From positions 70,086 through 134,085 of the forward strand of contig CAVZWF010000007.1 in assembly GCA_963778865.1 (NCBI GenBank): DNA of 64,000 bases, given 5' to 3'. Of the stretch, positions 1 to 12,025 are shown in pieces (the stretch's first letter is position 1; each line of letters begins with the position of its first letter). Both the position numbers and the translations under genes were made by a program. The stretch comes from an uncultured beta proteobacterium (GTDB lineage Bacteria; Pseudomonadota; Gammaproteobacteria; Burkholderiales; SG8-41). Under the pieces are notes generated by a model, which had not been told where the DNA came from, ran no database searches, and saw only the letters and a program-made list of their open reading frames with translations.

Positions 1-3057
<3,057 letters not shown>

Positions 3058-4492
3058 TCAACTCGAAGACGCCGTGCAGGTACCAGCCGCCGGGCGCTCG
3101 GCGCTCGCGGTAGATCCATAACGTCGCGTGGTCGGGCGTTTGCGCGACGAAGTAATCGCGCTTGACGTCGTCATCGTCCCACCAGCCGGACTCGATGCGC
3201 TCGGGTCCGGCGACGAGCGCCAGCGCATTCTCGCGGTAATGCGGCCGCGCGGCGATTTCCGTGAGCGGCCGCGGCGCGGCGAGCAGCCACAGCGGGCGCG
3301 GGCCGCACGCGGGCGCCGCACTCGCGGTGCCGGGCTGGGTAGTGCGCGACGCGCGCTCGGGACGATGCTCGGCGTGCGCTGCGAGACCGTGCACCGCCTC
3401 CGCGCCCAGCCGCGCGCGCAGGCGCTCGACCAGCTTTTGCCACGTCGCCGTGCGCGCCGGCGCGGTCGGCGAAGAGTTCGCGGTTTTCGTCGCGCGAGCA
3501 CGAGGATGTCGTCCGCTTCGAGGCGCAGCGCGTGCACCGGCGCGGGCAGCGCCAGCGCCGCCAGCCGTTCGCGCACGAGCAGCGCCAGGTGCGCGCCGTC
3601 GCGCGCCGGCGCAACCAGTCCGATTTCGATAGGCGTGGCCGCGCTGCGCTCGTGCAGCAGCGTCAGCGTGAAACGCTGCACGCCGCCGTTGCGCGCCGCG
3701 AGAAAACCCGCGAGCTGATTGATCAGGCGTTTGGCGGCGAACAGCAGCGCTTCGCTGTGCGCGGCCGGCGCGGCGAGTTCGAGTTTGGCGTCGAACCGCG
3801 CGGGCGGCGATGAAAAATTCGCGCGGCGCCGGCAGCCGGCCCAGCGCGCGGTCGACGGTGTCGAGGAGTTCGCCGCCCGCCGCGCCGCGCCACACCGTCG
3901 CGCGGCAGCGCCATGAGATCGCCGACACTACGCACGCCGGCGGCGTGCAGCGTTTGCACGACGCGCGCATCGCAGTCGAGCAGCGTGAGCGGCAGCGCCG
4001 CGACGACGGCTTCGAGCGCGCGTTTGCAGTTGACGATTTTCTGCATGGCGCGCGCGCGCGAGCAGCAGCGCCGCCGTGGCGGTCGGCGCGCACGCCATCG
4101 TCACGGAACAGCCCATGTCATCGAGCCCGCGCTTCAACGCTTGCAGGATGGCGCGGATGCCGCCGAAGAGTTGCAGGCTGCCTTCGATGTCGAGCAGGAG
4201 CGCGCGCGGCGGCGCCAGCGCGACGTTGGGCGTGAACTGGCCGGCCCACGCGGCGAGTGTAGCGAGCGTCGCGGCTTCGGCGCCGGCATCGCGCGACCGG
4301 TAGTTGAGTTGGGGCGACGAGCGCGCACGCCGCCGACAGGCGCATGCCTTGGCGCACGCCCAGCGCGCGCGCCGGCTGATTGCAGACGATCACGTCGGCA
4401 CCGTCGGCGATCGCCCACGGTTCAGTGTGCGCCGAGGCTAACGCAAACGTTTCGAGCGGCAGGCTCGGGAAATCGAGCGCGATCCACAGCAT
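3058..4492 (-). pseudogene. imuB: ImuB, Y-family-polymerase-like subunit of the ImuA-ImuB-DnaE2 mutasome; at least 3 frame changes
   Basis: ATG at 4490-4492 opens MLWIALDFPSLPLETF.. (inside ORF 4118-4765). Further pieces are ORF 3723-4046, ORF 3058-3681 (MQRFTLTLLHERSAATPIEIGLVAP..) and the C-terminal ..GPERIESGWWDDDDVKRDYF..WYLHGVFE piece inside ORF 1877-4093. TGA at 3058-3060 directly abuts the dnaE2 ATG at 3055-3057. Confidence 0.8.
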
Positions 4493-4544
4493 GATGATTT
4501 GACCAGGATTTGCTTGCGCGTGCGGGTGCGACGGCAGGTGAGTG

Positions 4545-5150
4545 CTAAGCAGAATCGGCGCGTTGAGCGCCGCGCCGCGGCGTTTGAGGATGCGCACGGC
4601 AAGCTCGCCGCGCCAGGTTTGCAAGATCGAGCCGCAGCGCCGCGCACGACGTTTCGGCGCGCGCCTGCGGCGGGCGGAACAGCACGGCGAGCACGGGGTT
4701 GCCTTCGGCGGCCAGTTGCAGGCGCCGCAACTCGGGATATTTGATGCGCCCGGCCACGCGAGCACCGCGCCGCAGGCCTGCGAACGCAGCGCCTGTTCGG
4801 TCGCCCACAGCGTTTCGCGCGGCGAGCGGGTGGTGACGATGATGACGTGCGCGAGGTCGATGCCGGCGGCCGCGAGCGCCGGCGCGTACGGCAGATGCGG
4901 CGGCGCGATCCAGGCGAGCGGGCGTTTCTGCGCGGACAGCGCGGCAAGCGCTGCTCCCAGTATGCGCAGTTCGCCGATGCCCGCATGCTGCGGCAGGATT
5001 TCGGTGAGCGCTGCGGTCGGCCAGCCGCCGCCGGGCAGTTCGCGCGTCGAGCGCGGGAAAACCGGTCGGCACGCTCGCGCTCGCCACGCGGCTTAACTGG
5101 TTGCCGCGCCAGATGGCGGGATGAGCGAGTATGGCGGCGAGCGCGTTCAC
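4545..5150 (-). pseudogene. imuA: ImuA (RecA/SulA-like SOS mutagenesis protein); about 3 frame changes, true stop uncertain (about 4500-4550)
   Basis: The N-terminus MNALAAILAHPAIWRGNQL..PTGFPALD is in ORF 4545-5150. The central LPGGGWPTAALTEILPQHAGIGELRIL..LAWIAPPHLPYAPALAAAGIDL.. lies in a second frame. It returns to ..RIKYPELRRLQLAAEGNPVLAVLFRPP.., and the tail ..LAVRILKRRGAALNAPILL is again shifted. The GTG start (5148-5150) overlaps the lexA stop (GTGA). Confidence 0.75.
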
Positions 5151-5747
5151 AGCGTGCCGCTGCGGATCACGCCGACCGCGATGCCCTCGATGGCAAACGG
5201 CGTGCGGCGCAGGTCGACTTCGATGATTTTGAAATCCGGATTCTCGGGCAGCAACTGCACCTGGTTGCCGCGGCGGCGGAAACGCTTGACCGTGACTTCG
5301 TCGTGCAGCCGCGCGACCACGACCTGGCCCGAGCGCGCTTCGTGCGCGCGGTGCACGGCGATGAGATCGCCGTCGAGGATGCCGGCGTCGCGCATGCTCA
5401 AGCCCCGCACCTTCAACAGGTAATCGGCGCGCGGCTTGAAGAGTTGCGGATCGAGCTGAAAATGCGCCTCGATGTTTTCAACGGCCAGGAGCGGGCTGCC
5501 GGCGGCCACGCGCCCGATCAGCGGCAGCCCCAGTGTTTCCGTGAGCCGGATGCCGCGCGAAGCGCCGGCCAGCATCTCGATGGCGCCTTTGCGCTGCGAG
5601 CGTGCGCAGGTGTTCCTCGGCGGCGTTGGGCGAATTGAAACCCATCGCGCGGCAGATGTCGGCGCGCGTGGGCGGAAATCCGGAGTCCGCCATGAACTCG
5701 CGGATCATGCGCAGTATCTCCTGCTGGCGTTTGGTCAGTTCTTCCAT
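5147..5747 (-). pseudogene. lexA: LexA repressor, one apparent 1-nt insertion near 5590
   Basis: ATG at 5745-5747 opens [51 protein letters not shown] (wHTH). After a frame change it continues as (RKGAIE)[21 protein letters not shown] (Ala-Gly cleavage site)..[15 protein letters not shown] (catalytic Ser)..EVTVKRF (Lys) in ORF 5147-5575. Confidence 0.85.
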
Positions 5748-5807
5748 CGCGGCCTTTCTATGCGGTTGAAGCAGCAAGAGGCCGGCGGGAAGCTCCCTTT
5801 CCCTGAG

Positions 5808-5853
5808 CCCATAACATAATGAAACGCGCACACGTGTTTCATTATGTTATGGG
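5808..5853. repeat. Perfect 18-bp inverted repeat with 10-bp spacer, AT-rich, about 60 bp upstream of the lexA ATG
   Basis: CCCATAACATAATGAAAC (5808-5825), gcgcacacgt, GTTTCATTATGTTATGGG (5836-5853). The arms are exact reverse complements. No T-run follows on either strand. Confidence 0.9.
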
Positions 5854-5880
5854 CTCTTGCCGGCCTCCCGTTTCGCCCAC

Positions 5881-6291
5881 TCAATGTGAATAAGCTGCCG
5901 TGTCGGATGCGGCCCTGGCGCCGCGCATATTGGCGGGCGGCTCGATTTTGCCGAGCTTGGCGAGCCGCGCTTCGATCGCGAAACGCGAACGCCGGTGCGC
6001 GGTGGCCAGTTCGAGGATTTTCTTGCCGGCGTCGAAAGCGGCGGCGAGCGCCTTGTCTTCGTCGTCCGACCACGGCTTGCCGGCGTTCGACGGCGCGTTT
6101 TCATTCGTTCGCGGCAGCGCGCGGCTTGGCGCGGGCGCGGGCGGCGCATCGAGCGCGCGCAGCGCTACGAACAAAGCGCGCACGGTGTCGGGATGCTGGT
6201 ACGGACTGTCGGCGCCGAACGCCTTGCCGGTTTGCGGATCGAGGCCGTCGGCGAGTTGCTGGATGATTTTCAGTGCGTCTGCTTTTTCCAT
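5881..6291 (-). CDS. Uncharacterised 136-aa protein with a C-terminal SANT/Myb-like helix motif; LexA-box controlled
   Basis: ATG at 6289-6291 is preceded by AGGAGA. The protein reads MEKADALKIIQQLADGLDPQTGKAF..P/A-rich linker..GKPWSDDEDKALAAAFDAGKKILELATAHRRSRFAIEARLAKLG. It is the first gene of the same-strand run leading into lexA-imuA-imuB-dnaE2. I recognise no named family. Confidence 0.6.
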   Translation of the reverse strand: MEKADALKIIQQLADGLDPQTGKAFGADSPYQHPDTVRALFVALRALDAPPAPAPSRALPRTNENAPSNAGKPWSDDEDKALAAAFDAGKKILELATAHRRSRFAIEARLAKLGKIEPPANMRGARAASDTAAYSH

Positions 6292-6346
6292 GCGGGTCTC
6301 CTGTGGTTGTGCCCTTTTACGTGGCGCGTCCCGCGGGCCGGGAACG

Positions 6347-6368
6347 ATACTGTAATTATATACAGTAT
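6347..6368. promoter_or_regulatory. Canonical LexA (SOS) box, CTGT-N8-ACAG
   Basis: ATACTGTAATTATATACAGTAT, with CTGT at 6350-6353 and ACAG at 6362-6365. It is fully palindromic. On the minus strand the spacer contains TATAAT. It sits 56 bp upstream of the ATG at 6291. Confidence 0.85.
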
Positions 6369-6569
6369 ACGTGCAATAACGCGCCCACTGCAAGAGAGGT
6401 TTACAGACGATGAGCGGGCGGGTTTCGCCGGCGGCCGGACTGCTTCTACAATCGCCGGTGGTTGCGCGGCCGCCGTACTACCACCGCTGGTGGAATCGGA
6501 CTCGCCGGCGGCGGCCGGCGGGGTGTAATGGCATAATCGGCACCCTATACGGGAGGCCATCTCAAAAAT

Positions 6570-6612
6570 CCCTTCACCCCAGCCCTCCCCACTAGCGCGG
6601 GGCGAGGGAGTA
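6570..6612 (+). repeat. REP-like palindromic element, family A (CCCTC(TC)CCC..GGGG(A/C)GAGGG hairpin)
   Basis: CCCTTCACCCCAGCCCTCCCCACTAGCGCGGGGCGAGGGAGTAT is near-identical to 34541-34590. It is related to 24241-24283, 34457-34500 and the two copies inside prmC. Confidence 0.8.
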
Positions 6613-6634
6613 TTTTTCTAATCAGGAGGAGCGC

Positions 6635-7648
6635 ATGAGCATTCGCAGCCGTTTAGCCGCAGCAGTCGCGACGATCTTGTTTGCCGCCGCAACCGCCGGC
6701 GTGCGCGCCGAGGTCAGCGAAGTCAGCGTCGCGCAACAATATGGCGTGAGCTTTCTGCCGCTGATGTGGATGGAGCACAACAAGCTGATCGAAAAGCACG
6801 CCAAGGCGCAGGGGCTCGGCGAACTCAAGGTCAACTGGGCCAAGCTCGCGGGTCCCGCTGCGATGAACGACGCGCTGCTGTCGGGGTCGCTGCATTTCAG
6901 CTCGGTCGGCGCGCCGTCGCTGATCACGCTGTGGGGCAAGACCAAGGGCAACATCGGCGTCATGGGCGTGTCGGCGCTGACCACGTATCCGCTGTATCTC
7001 AACGTGCGCAATCCCAATGTGAAATCGATCAGGGATTTCACCGACAAGGACAAGATCGCGGTGCCCGCGGTCAAGGTGTCGACGCAGGCGATCATGCTGC
7101 AGATGGCGGCCGAGAAAGCGTTCGGCGAAGGCAATCAGTTCAAGCTCGATCCGTTCACCGTCACGCTGTCGCATCCCGACGGCATGGCGGCGCTGATGTC
7201 GAACACCGGCGGCGTCGACGCGCACTTCACGACTTCGCCGTTCCACGAGCAGGAGATGAAAATTCCGGGCGTGCGCACGCTGACGACGTCGTACGAAATC
7301 CTCGGCGGGCGCGCGACCGCGCTGGTGGTCGTCACGACGACGAAGTTCCGCGAGGCGAATCCGAAAACCTACAACGCATTTTTCGCCGCGTTGAAGGAAG
7401 CGATCGACGCGATCAACCGCGACAAGAAAGTCGCCGCGCAGCGCTATCTCGAATGGGCGAACGACAAAAAGTCGACGCTCGACGAAGTCTATGCGGCGAT
7501 CTCGAACCCCGATTACGCGTTCACGCTGATGCCGGAAAAAGTGTTCAAGACCGCCGAGTTCATGGCCAAGATCGGCTCGGTCAAGGACAAGCCGGGTTCG
7601 TGGAAGGACATGTTCTTCCCCGAAATTCACAACCTGCCGGGCAATTAA
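6635..7648 (+). CDS. NMT1/THI5-like (NitT/TauT-family) periplasmic substrate-binding protein, no cognate permease or ATPase adjacent
   Basis: Intact 337-aa ORF with signal peptide MSIRSRLAAAVATILFAAATAGVRA. The SBP-like body reads ..VAQQYGVSFLPLMWMEHNKLIEKHAK..IRDFTDKDKIAVPAVKVSTQAIMLQMAA... Confidence 0.7.
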   Translation: MSIRSRLAAAVATILFAAATAGVRAEVSEVSVAQQYGVSFLPLMWMEHNKLIEKHAKAQGLGELKVNWAKLAGPAAMNDALLSGSLHFSSVGAPSLITLWGKTKGNIGVMGVSALTTYPLYLNVRNPNVKSIRDFTDKDKIAVPAVKVSTQAIMLQMAAEKAFGEGNQFKLDPFTVTLSHPDGMAALMSNTGGVDAHFTTSPFHEQEMKIPGVRTLTTSYEILGGRATALVVVTTTKFREANPKTYNAFFAALKEAIDAINRDKKVAAQRYLEWANDKKSTLDEVYAAISNPDYAFTLMPEKVFKTAEFMAKIGSVKDKPGSWKDMFFPEIHNLPGN

Positions 7649-7663
7649 GAGTTGCATAACACG

Positions 7664-9019
7664 ATGCCGCGCAAGAAAACGGAGTCGCTGCGCATCGGCT
7701 CCGGCGCCGGCTTTGCCGGCGACCGCCTGGAGCCGGCGGTAATTCTCGCCGAGCGCGGCGGACTGCAGTACCTGGGGCTCGAATGTCTCGCCGAGCGCAC
7801 GATCGCGCTCGCCCAGTTGAGGAAGCTGAAGGAGCCGGCGGAAGGCTACGACGTGCTGCTCGCGCGCCGCATGGAATTGCTGCTGCCGGTGATCAAGAAA
7901 AAGCGCGTGCGCCTGATCACCAACATGGGCGCCGCCAATCCGGTCGCGGCGGCGGACCTGATCGTCGAAATCGCCAAGCGCCGCAAGCTCGATATCAAAG
8001 TCGCGGCGGTGACCGGCGACGACGTGTTGAAACTGATGCGGCCCACCGATCGCGTGCTCGAAACCGGCGGGCCGCTGTCGGCCTACAAATGGCTGGTGTC
8101 CGCCAACGCGTATCTGGGCGTCGATGCGCTGTTGCCCGCGCTCGCGACCGGCGCCGACATCATCATTACCGGCCGCGTCGCCGACCCGTCGCTGTTTTTG
8201 GCACCCGCCGCTTACGAGTATGGCTGGCAGCCCGACGATCTCGACCGCATGGCGCGCGGCACCGTGATGGGCCATCTGCTCGAATGCGCGGGCCAGATCA
8301 CCGGCGGCTACTGCGCCGATCCCGGCCGCAAGGACATTCCGGATTTCGCGCATATCGGGTTTCCCTACGCGGACGTCGACGCCGACGGCAACTGTATCAT
8401 CGGCAAACCCGCCGACACCGGCGGCGCGATCAACCTGATTACCGCGAAAGAACAGTTGTTGTACGAGGTGACCGATCCGCGCGCGTACGTGACGCCCGAC
8501 ATCACCGCGGATTTCACCACGGTGCAATTGCGGCAGGCGGGCGCGAATCGCGTCGCCGTGTCGGGCGCGACCGGCAAACCACGCTCGCCGACGCTCAAGG
8601 TCAGCATCGGTTATCACGCGGGTTATGTCGGCGAAGGCGAAATCAGCTACGCGGGGGCCAATGCGTTAAAGCGCGCCGAACTGGCTGGCGAAGTCGTGAA
8701 GGAGCGCTTGAAGGGCGCGTTCACGGAAATGCGCGTCGATTACATCGGCAGCACCTCGTTGCACGGCAAGGCGTACGACGAGGCCGCGCGCCCGTATGAA
8801 GTGCGCCTGCGCGTCGCGGCGCGCGCGGCCACGCGCGAGAAAGCAGCGCTCGTCGGCGAGGAGGTCGAGGCGCTGTGGACGAACGGGCCGGGCGGCGGCG
8901 GCGGCGCGCGCAAGTACGTGCACGAGCAGGTCGGCGTGATATCCGGTTTAATCGCGCGCGAGAAAATCAGAACCGAAGTAACGGTGCGGGAGTGGCGGCG
9001 TGAAAAAGAAACTGTATGA
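7664..9019 (+). CDS. AtuA-like protein (DUF1446, acyclic terpene utilisation family)
   Basis: Intact ORF (the track starts at TTG 7652; ATG at 7664 is more likely). It reads MPRKKTESLRIGSGAGFAGDRLEPAVILAERGGLQYLGLECLAERTIA..ITGRVADPSLFLAPAAYEYGW..GHLLECAGQITGGY, typical of DUF1446. Confidence 0.7.
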   Translation: MPRKKTESLRIGSGAGFAGDRLEPAVILAERGGLQYLGLECLAERTIALAQLRKLKEPAEGYDVLLARRMELLLPVIKKKRVRLITNMGAANPVAAADLIVEIAKRRKLDIKVAAVTGDDVLKLMRPTDRVLETGGPLSAYKWLVSANAYLGVDALLPALATGADIIITGRVADPSLFLAPAAYEYGWQPDDLDRMARGTVMGHLLECAGQITGGYCADPGRKDIPDFAHIGFPYADVDADGNCIIGKPADTGGAINLITAKEQLLYEVTDPRAYVTPDITADFTTVQLRQAGANRVAVSGATGKPRSPTLKVSIGYHAGYVGEGEISYAGANALKRAELAGEVVKERLKGAFTEMRVDYIGSTSLHGKAYDEAARPYEVRLRVAARAATREKAALVGEEVEALWTNGPGGGGGARKYVHEQVGVISGLIAREKIRTEVTVREWRREKETV

Positions 9020-9311
9020 CCTCGCGCATTGCCGCGCCGGCGACAAGGGCAATACATCGATCCTGTCGCTGATCGCGTATCGCGACGAGGACTACGCGGT
9101 GCTGTGCGGCAAGGTCACCGCGCACGCGGTCAAGCGCCATCTCGCGCACATCATCAAAGGCCAAGTCACGCGCCATGAAGTGCCGAACGTCGGCGCATTG
9201 CAATTCGTGTGCGAGCAGGCGCTGGGCGGCGGCGTCACCACGTCGCTTGCGATGGACGCGCACGGCAAGAGCCTTTCGTACGCGCTGCTTGAAATGGAAA
9301 TCGAGGTTTAG
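9000..9311 (+). CDS. Small AtuA-partner protein (DUF4387-like)
   Basis: 103-aa ORF whose GTG start overlaps the end of the DUF1446 gene. It reads MKKKLYDLAHCRAGDKGNTSILSLIAY..GALQFVCEQALGGGVTTSLAMDAHGKS. This is the usual companion of DUF1446. Confidence 0.6.
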   Translation: MKKKLYDLAHCRAGDKGNTSILSLIAYRDEDYAVLCGKVTAHAVKRHLAHIIKGQVTRHEVPNVGALQFVCEQALGGGVTTSLAMDAHGKSLSYALLEMEIEV

Positions 9312-9514
9312 GAAATATCCGATCAAACCCGCAACCGTTCGCCCTGATGTATGGAAGGGTGAACGGTGTCCCTCGGTAAATGCGGTAATCGTGTCCTTCC
9401 ATACCTCAGGACATGCTTCTATACATCGGCACGAACGGGCTTGATCAGCGTTTCCTTAGGGCACGAAATTCCGCGTTGCCGCGGTGTCGCCGGCAAGTTT
9501 GTCGCGCGCGGACG

Positions 9515-12025
9515 TTACGCGGCCGTAGTGGCGATCGCCGGTTGCGCTTCGACCATTTCAGCAAACTCGCCCGGTGCCACGGCCTTGCTGAAATAAAAGC
9601 CCTGGATTTCGCCGCAGGCGTTATCGCGCAGAAAGTCGGCCTGCTCCGCCGTTTCCACGCCCTGGGCCACGACGGTCAGGCTCAGCGTCTTTCCCATCGC
9701 GATAATGGCCTTGGCCAGATTCCGGTTTTCGGGGACGCTGGCGAAGTCGCGAATCAGCGAACGATCGATCTTGATCGTGTCGAGGGGGAATTGCCTGAGC
9801 GTGGCGAGCGACGCATAGCCGATGCCGAAGTCGTCGATGGCGATGCGGATGCCCAGTTTTCTCAGCGCGTTCAGAATGCGCAGGGATCTTTCGATGTCGC
9901 GCATCAGCACGCTTTCCGTGATTTCCAGTTCCAGCAGATGGGCATCCATGCCGGTTTCCGCGAGTATTGCCTTCAAATCGGGCAGCAGCTTTTCATCGGA
10001 AAACTGGCGCGCGGTCAGATTGACTGACATGCTCATGCGCGGCAGGCCTTGTTTCTGCCACGCCGCGTTTTGCTCGCAGGCGGTTCTCAGCACCCACTTG
10101 CCGATCGCCACGGTAAAGCCGAGTTCCTCGGCGATCGGGATGAAACGCATCGGCGCCACCGTCCCGAGCGCCGGATTCTGCCAGCGCAGCAACGCTTCCA
10201 TGCCGCTGATCCGGCCGCTGCCGCTTTCGCGCTTGCATTGGTAGAAAAGCTGGAACTCGTCGCGCTCCAGCGCGTTGCGCAGGTTCGACTCCAGGCTCAG
10301 GCGTTCGAGCGAGCGGGTGCTCAGGTTCTCGGTATAGTACTGGTAGTTGTTCTTGCCCTCCGCCTTCGCCTGATACATCGCGATATCCGCGTTTTTTGTC
10401 AGCGTCTGCTCATCCAGGCCGTCGCGCGGGTAGATGCTGATGCCGATGCTGCCCGTGACGCGGAATTCACGATTGCGCAGGACGAATGTCCGGGCGATCG
10501 CGATGAGAATTTTCTGCGCCACGGCCGACACGAATTCGTCCGCTTCGACTTCCGGCAGCAGGGCGACGAACTCGTCGCCACCGAGCCGTGCGACGGTGTC
10601 GCTGTCGCGCAGACAAGCCTTGAGCCGCGCCGCGACTTCCCGCAATAACTGGTCGCCGGCATCGTGCCCGAGCGAGTCGTTGACGTATTTGAAGCCGTCG
10701 AGGTCGATAAACAGCACCGCCACCTGTCTTTTGTAGCGGCGCGCGAGGGTGATGTTCTGGTCCAGTAGCTTGCTGAACAGGCTGCGATTGGGCAGTGTGG
10801 TGAGTTCGTCGTGATACGCGATGTATTCGACGCGTTCGGCATGCGCCATCTGGGCCTCGACGACACGCTGGCGGGTTGCCGCAAGCCGCAGGCTCAAGCT
10901 GCCCAGCAGCGCGACTACCAGAATCAGCAGCAGGCTCACGGCGGACGCGCGCCACACGTACGTGCGCATGTCGCTGCGCGCGGTGGCCAATTGCTCGTCC
11001 GCCGACAAGCCGACGATCACGGCAAGCGGGAAACCGTAGAGCTTGCGCGCGACGGTGTAACGCGGCACGTAGTCCCACGGGTTGGTTGCGAGCGCTGCCT
11101 CGCGTGCCGCTTCGCCCCGCGCAGACACCACCGCTGCGTAATCAACCCGGTCGCCGGCAGACGCGGTTTCTCCGCTGCGTCTCGCGCGGAATATGCCGTC
11201 GGTGCCGAGTATGCCGAGTACGCCGTGGGCGCCCAATTTCGAGGCTTCATAGCCGCCGACGAAATAGGCCGCGGCGACCGCGACAGTCACTACGCCGGAT
11301 AGCGTCGCGCCCGCCGCCGTGAGCCTGCGGCTGAAACGCAGCTCCCACGTTCCGGAGCCCGGATTTTGCCGCGGACGGCCGATCGAAAGTTCGTCGGTCT
11401 GACCCGCGCTCTGGAAGTATTCCTGATCGGCGACATTTTTGAGTTCGGACGGGCGGGTGCTGGCCACGATATTTCCCGCCCTGTCCGCAATGCTGATGAC
11501 GAAAAACTGAGCCGGCGGCAAGAGCTCCCGTGCCTTCAGTTCTTGCATTGCGAAATTCTTGCCCTTGAGTTCGTAGGCATATTTGACGATTTTCAGGGTC
11601 TGATCGATTTCGCGCAGCGCGCGTATGACTTGCGCCTCGTAAGTCTCAGCCACTTCGCGGCTCGTCACCGCCGCGGTGTTCTCGGCTGCGGTGCGTTCGA
11701 CATTGATGAGGTTTACGGTCGTGCCCCAGATCGCCCCCAGGCCGAGAATGGCGATGGCCGGAAACAGGATGTGCGGTTCCGTGGCGCGGCTAAACCAGCG
11801 CCTCAGCGCGGCGACCGGCTGAATCCAAGCCCGGGTCAGGCGCACGGTGACGGCAATCCCGTGTCGAAGTTTTTGACCTGCATCGGCGGATGCGCCAGGT
11901 TGCTCGGCCCGGAGACGCCGGCGCCTGCGTGGTCGATGGCGGTTACGCCCATCGCGTGTGTCGACCGCAGGTTGGCGACGCTGAGCGTGACGTCTTTCAT
12001 GATCGGGCCTTTGATTTTCCCCCAC
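9515..12025 (-). CDS. Membrane-bound dCache sensor / GGDEF / EAL c-di-GMP turnover protein; N-terminal start uncertain
   Basis: 836-aa ORF. It contains TM, periplasmic Cache-like region and TM (..LLLILVVALLGSL). The GGDEF domain reads YHDELTTLPNR..LFIDLDGFKYVNDSLGHDAGD..RLGGDEFVALL. The EAL domain reads GMEALLRW..EITES..DDFGIGYASL. An out-of-frame ATG at 11998-12000 (MKDVTLSV..) could be the real start if an indel lies near 11860. Confidence 0.85.
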   Translation of the reverse strand: MGENQRPDHERRHAQRRQPAVDTRDGRNRHRPRRRRRLRAEQPGASADAGQKLRHGIAVTVRLTRAWIQPVAALRRWFSRATEPHILFPAIAILGLGAIWGTTVNLINVERTAAENTAAVTSREVAETYEAQVIRALREIDQTLKIVKYAYELKGKNFAMQELKARELLPPAQFFVISIADRAGNIVASTRPSELKNVADQEYFQSAGQTDELSIGRPRQNPGSGTWELRFSRRLTAAGATLSGVVTVAVAAAYFVGGYEASKLGAHGVLGILGTDGIFRARRSGETASAGDRVDYAAVVSARGEAAREAALATNPWDYVPRYTVARKLYGFPLAVIVGLSADEQLATARSDMRTYVWRASAVSLLLILVVALLGSLSLRLAATRQRVVEAQMAHAERVEYIAYHDELTTLPNRSLFSKLLDQNITLARRYKRQVAVLFIDLDGFKYVNDSLGHDAGDQLLREVAARLKACLRDSDTVARLGGDEFVALLPEVEADEFVSAVAQKILIAIARTFVLRNREFRVTGSIGISIYPRDGLDEQTLTKNADIAMYQAKAEGKNNYQYYTENLSTRSLERLSLESNLRNALERDEFQLFYQCKRESGSGRISGMEALLRWQNPALGTVAPMRFIPIAEELGFTVAIGKWVLRTACEQNAAWQKQGLPRMSMSVNLTARQFSDEKLLPDLKAILAETGMDAHLLELEITESVLMRDIERSLRILNALRKLGIRIAIDDFGIGYASLATLRQFPLDTIKIDRSLIRDFASVPENRNLAKAIIAMGKTLSLTVVAQGVETAEQADFLRDNACGEIQGFYFSKAVAPGEFAEMVEAQPAIATTAA

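Noticed and set aside
4492-4620. ImuA C-terminus and ImuB N-terminus lie in the same frame without a stop (possible ImuA-ImuB fusion)
   Set aside because: The connector (STHLPSHPHAQANPGQII) has no counterpart in either family. A TAG lies one frame over at about 4550, and the region is riddled with other indels. A missed indel is more likely than a fusion, though this is not fully excluded.
5826-5840. GCACACGTGT in the spacer of the lexA palindrome as a known non-canonical LexA site
   Set aside because: It bears only a partial resemblance to motifs I remember for second LexA proteins. I cannot verify this without a motif scan, so I report the palindrome itself and not a specific motif match.
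6653-8617. 654-aa minus-strand ORF covering the SBP and DUF1446 genes
   Set aside because: It is antisense to two intact genes with clear family signatures. Its translation is low-complexity and Arg/Ala/Gly/His-rich (..RRRDRIGGAHVGDQAH..). This is a typical shadow ORF of GC-rich DNA.
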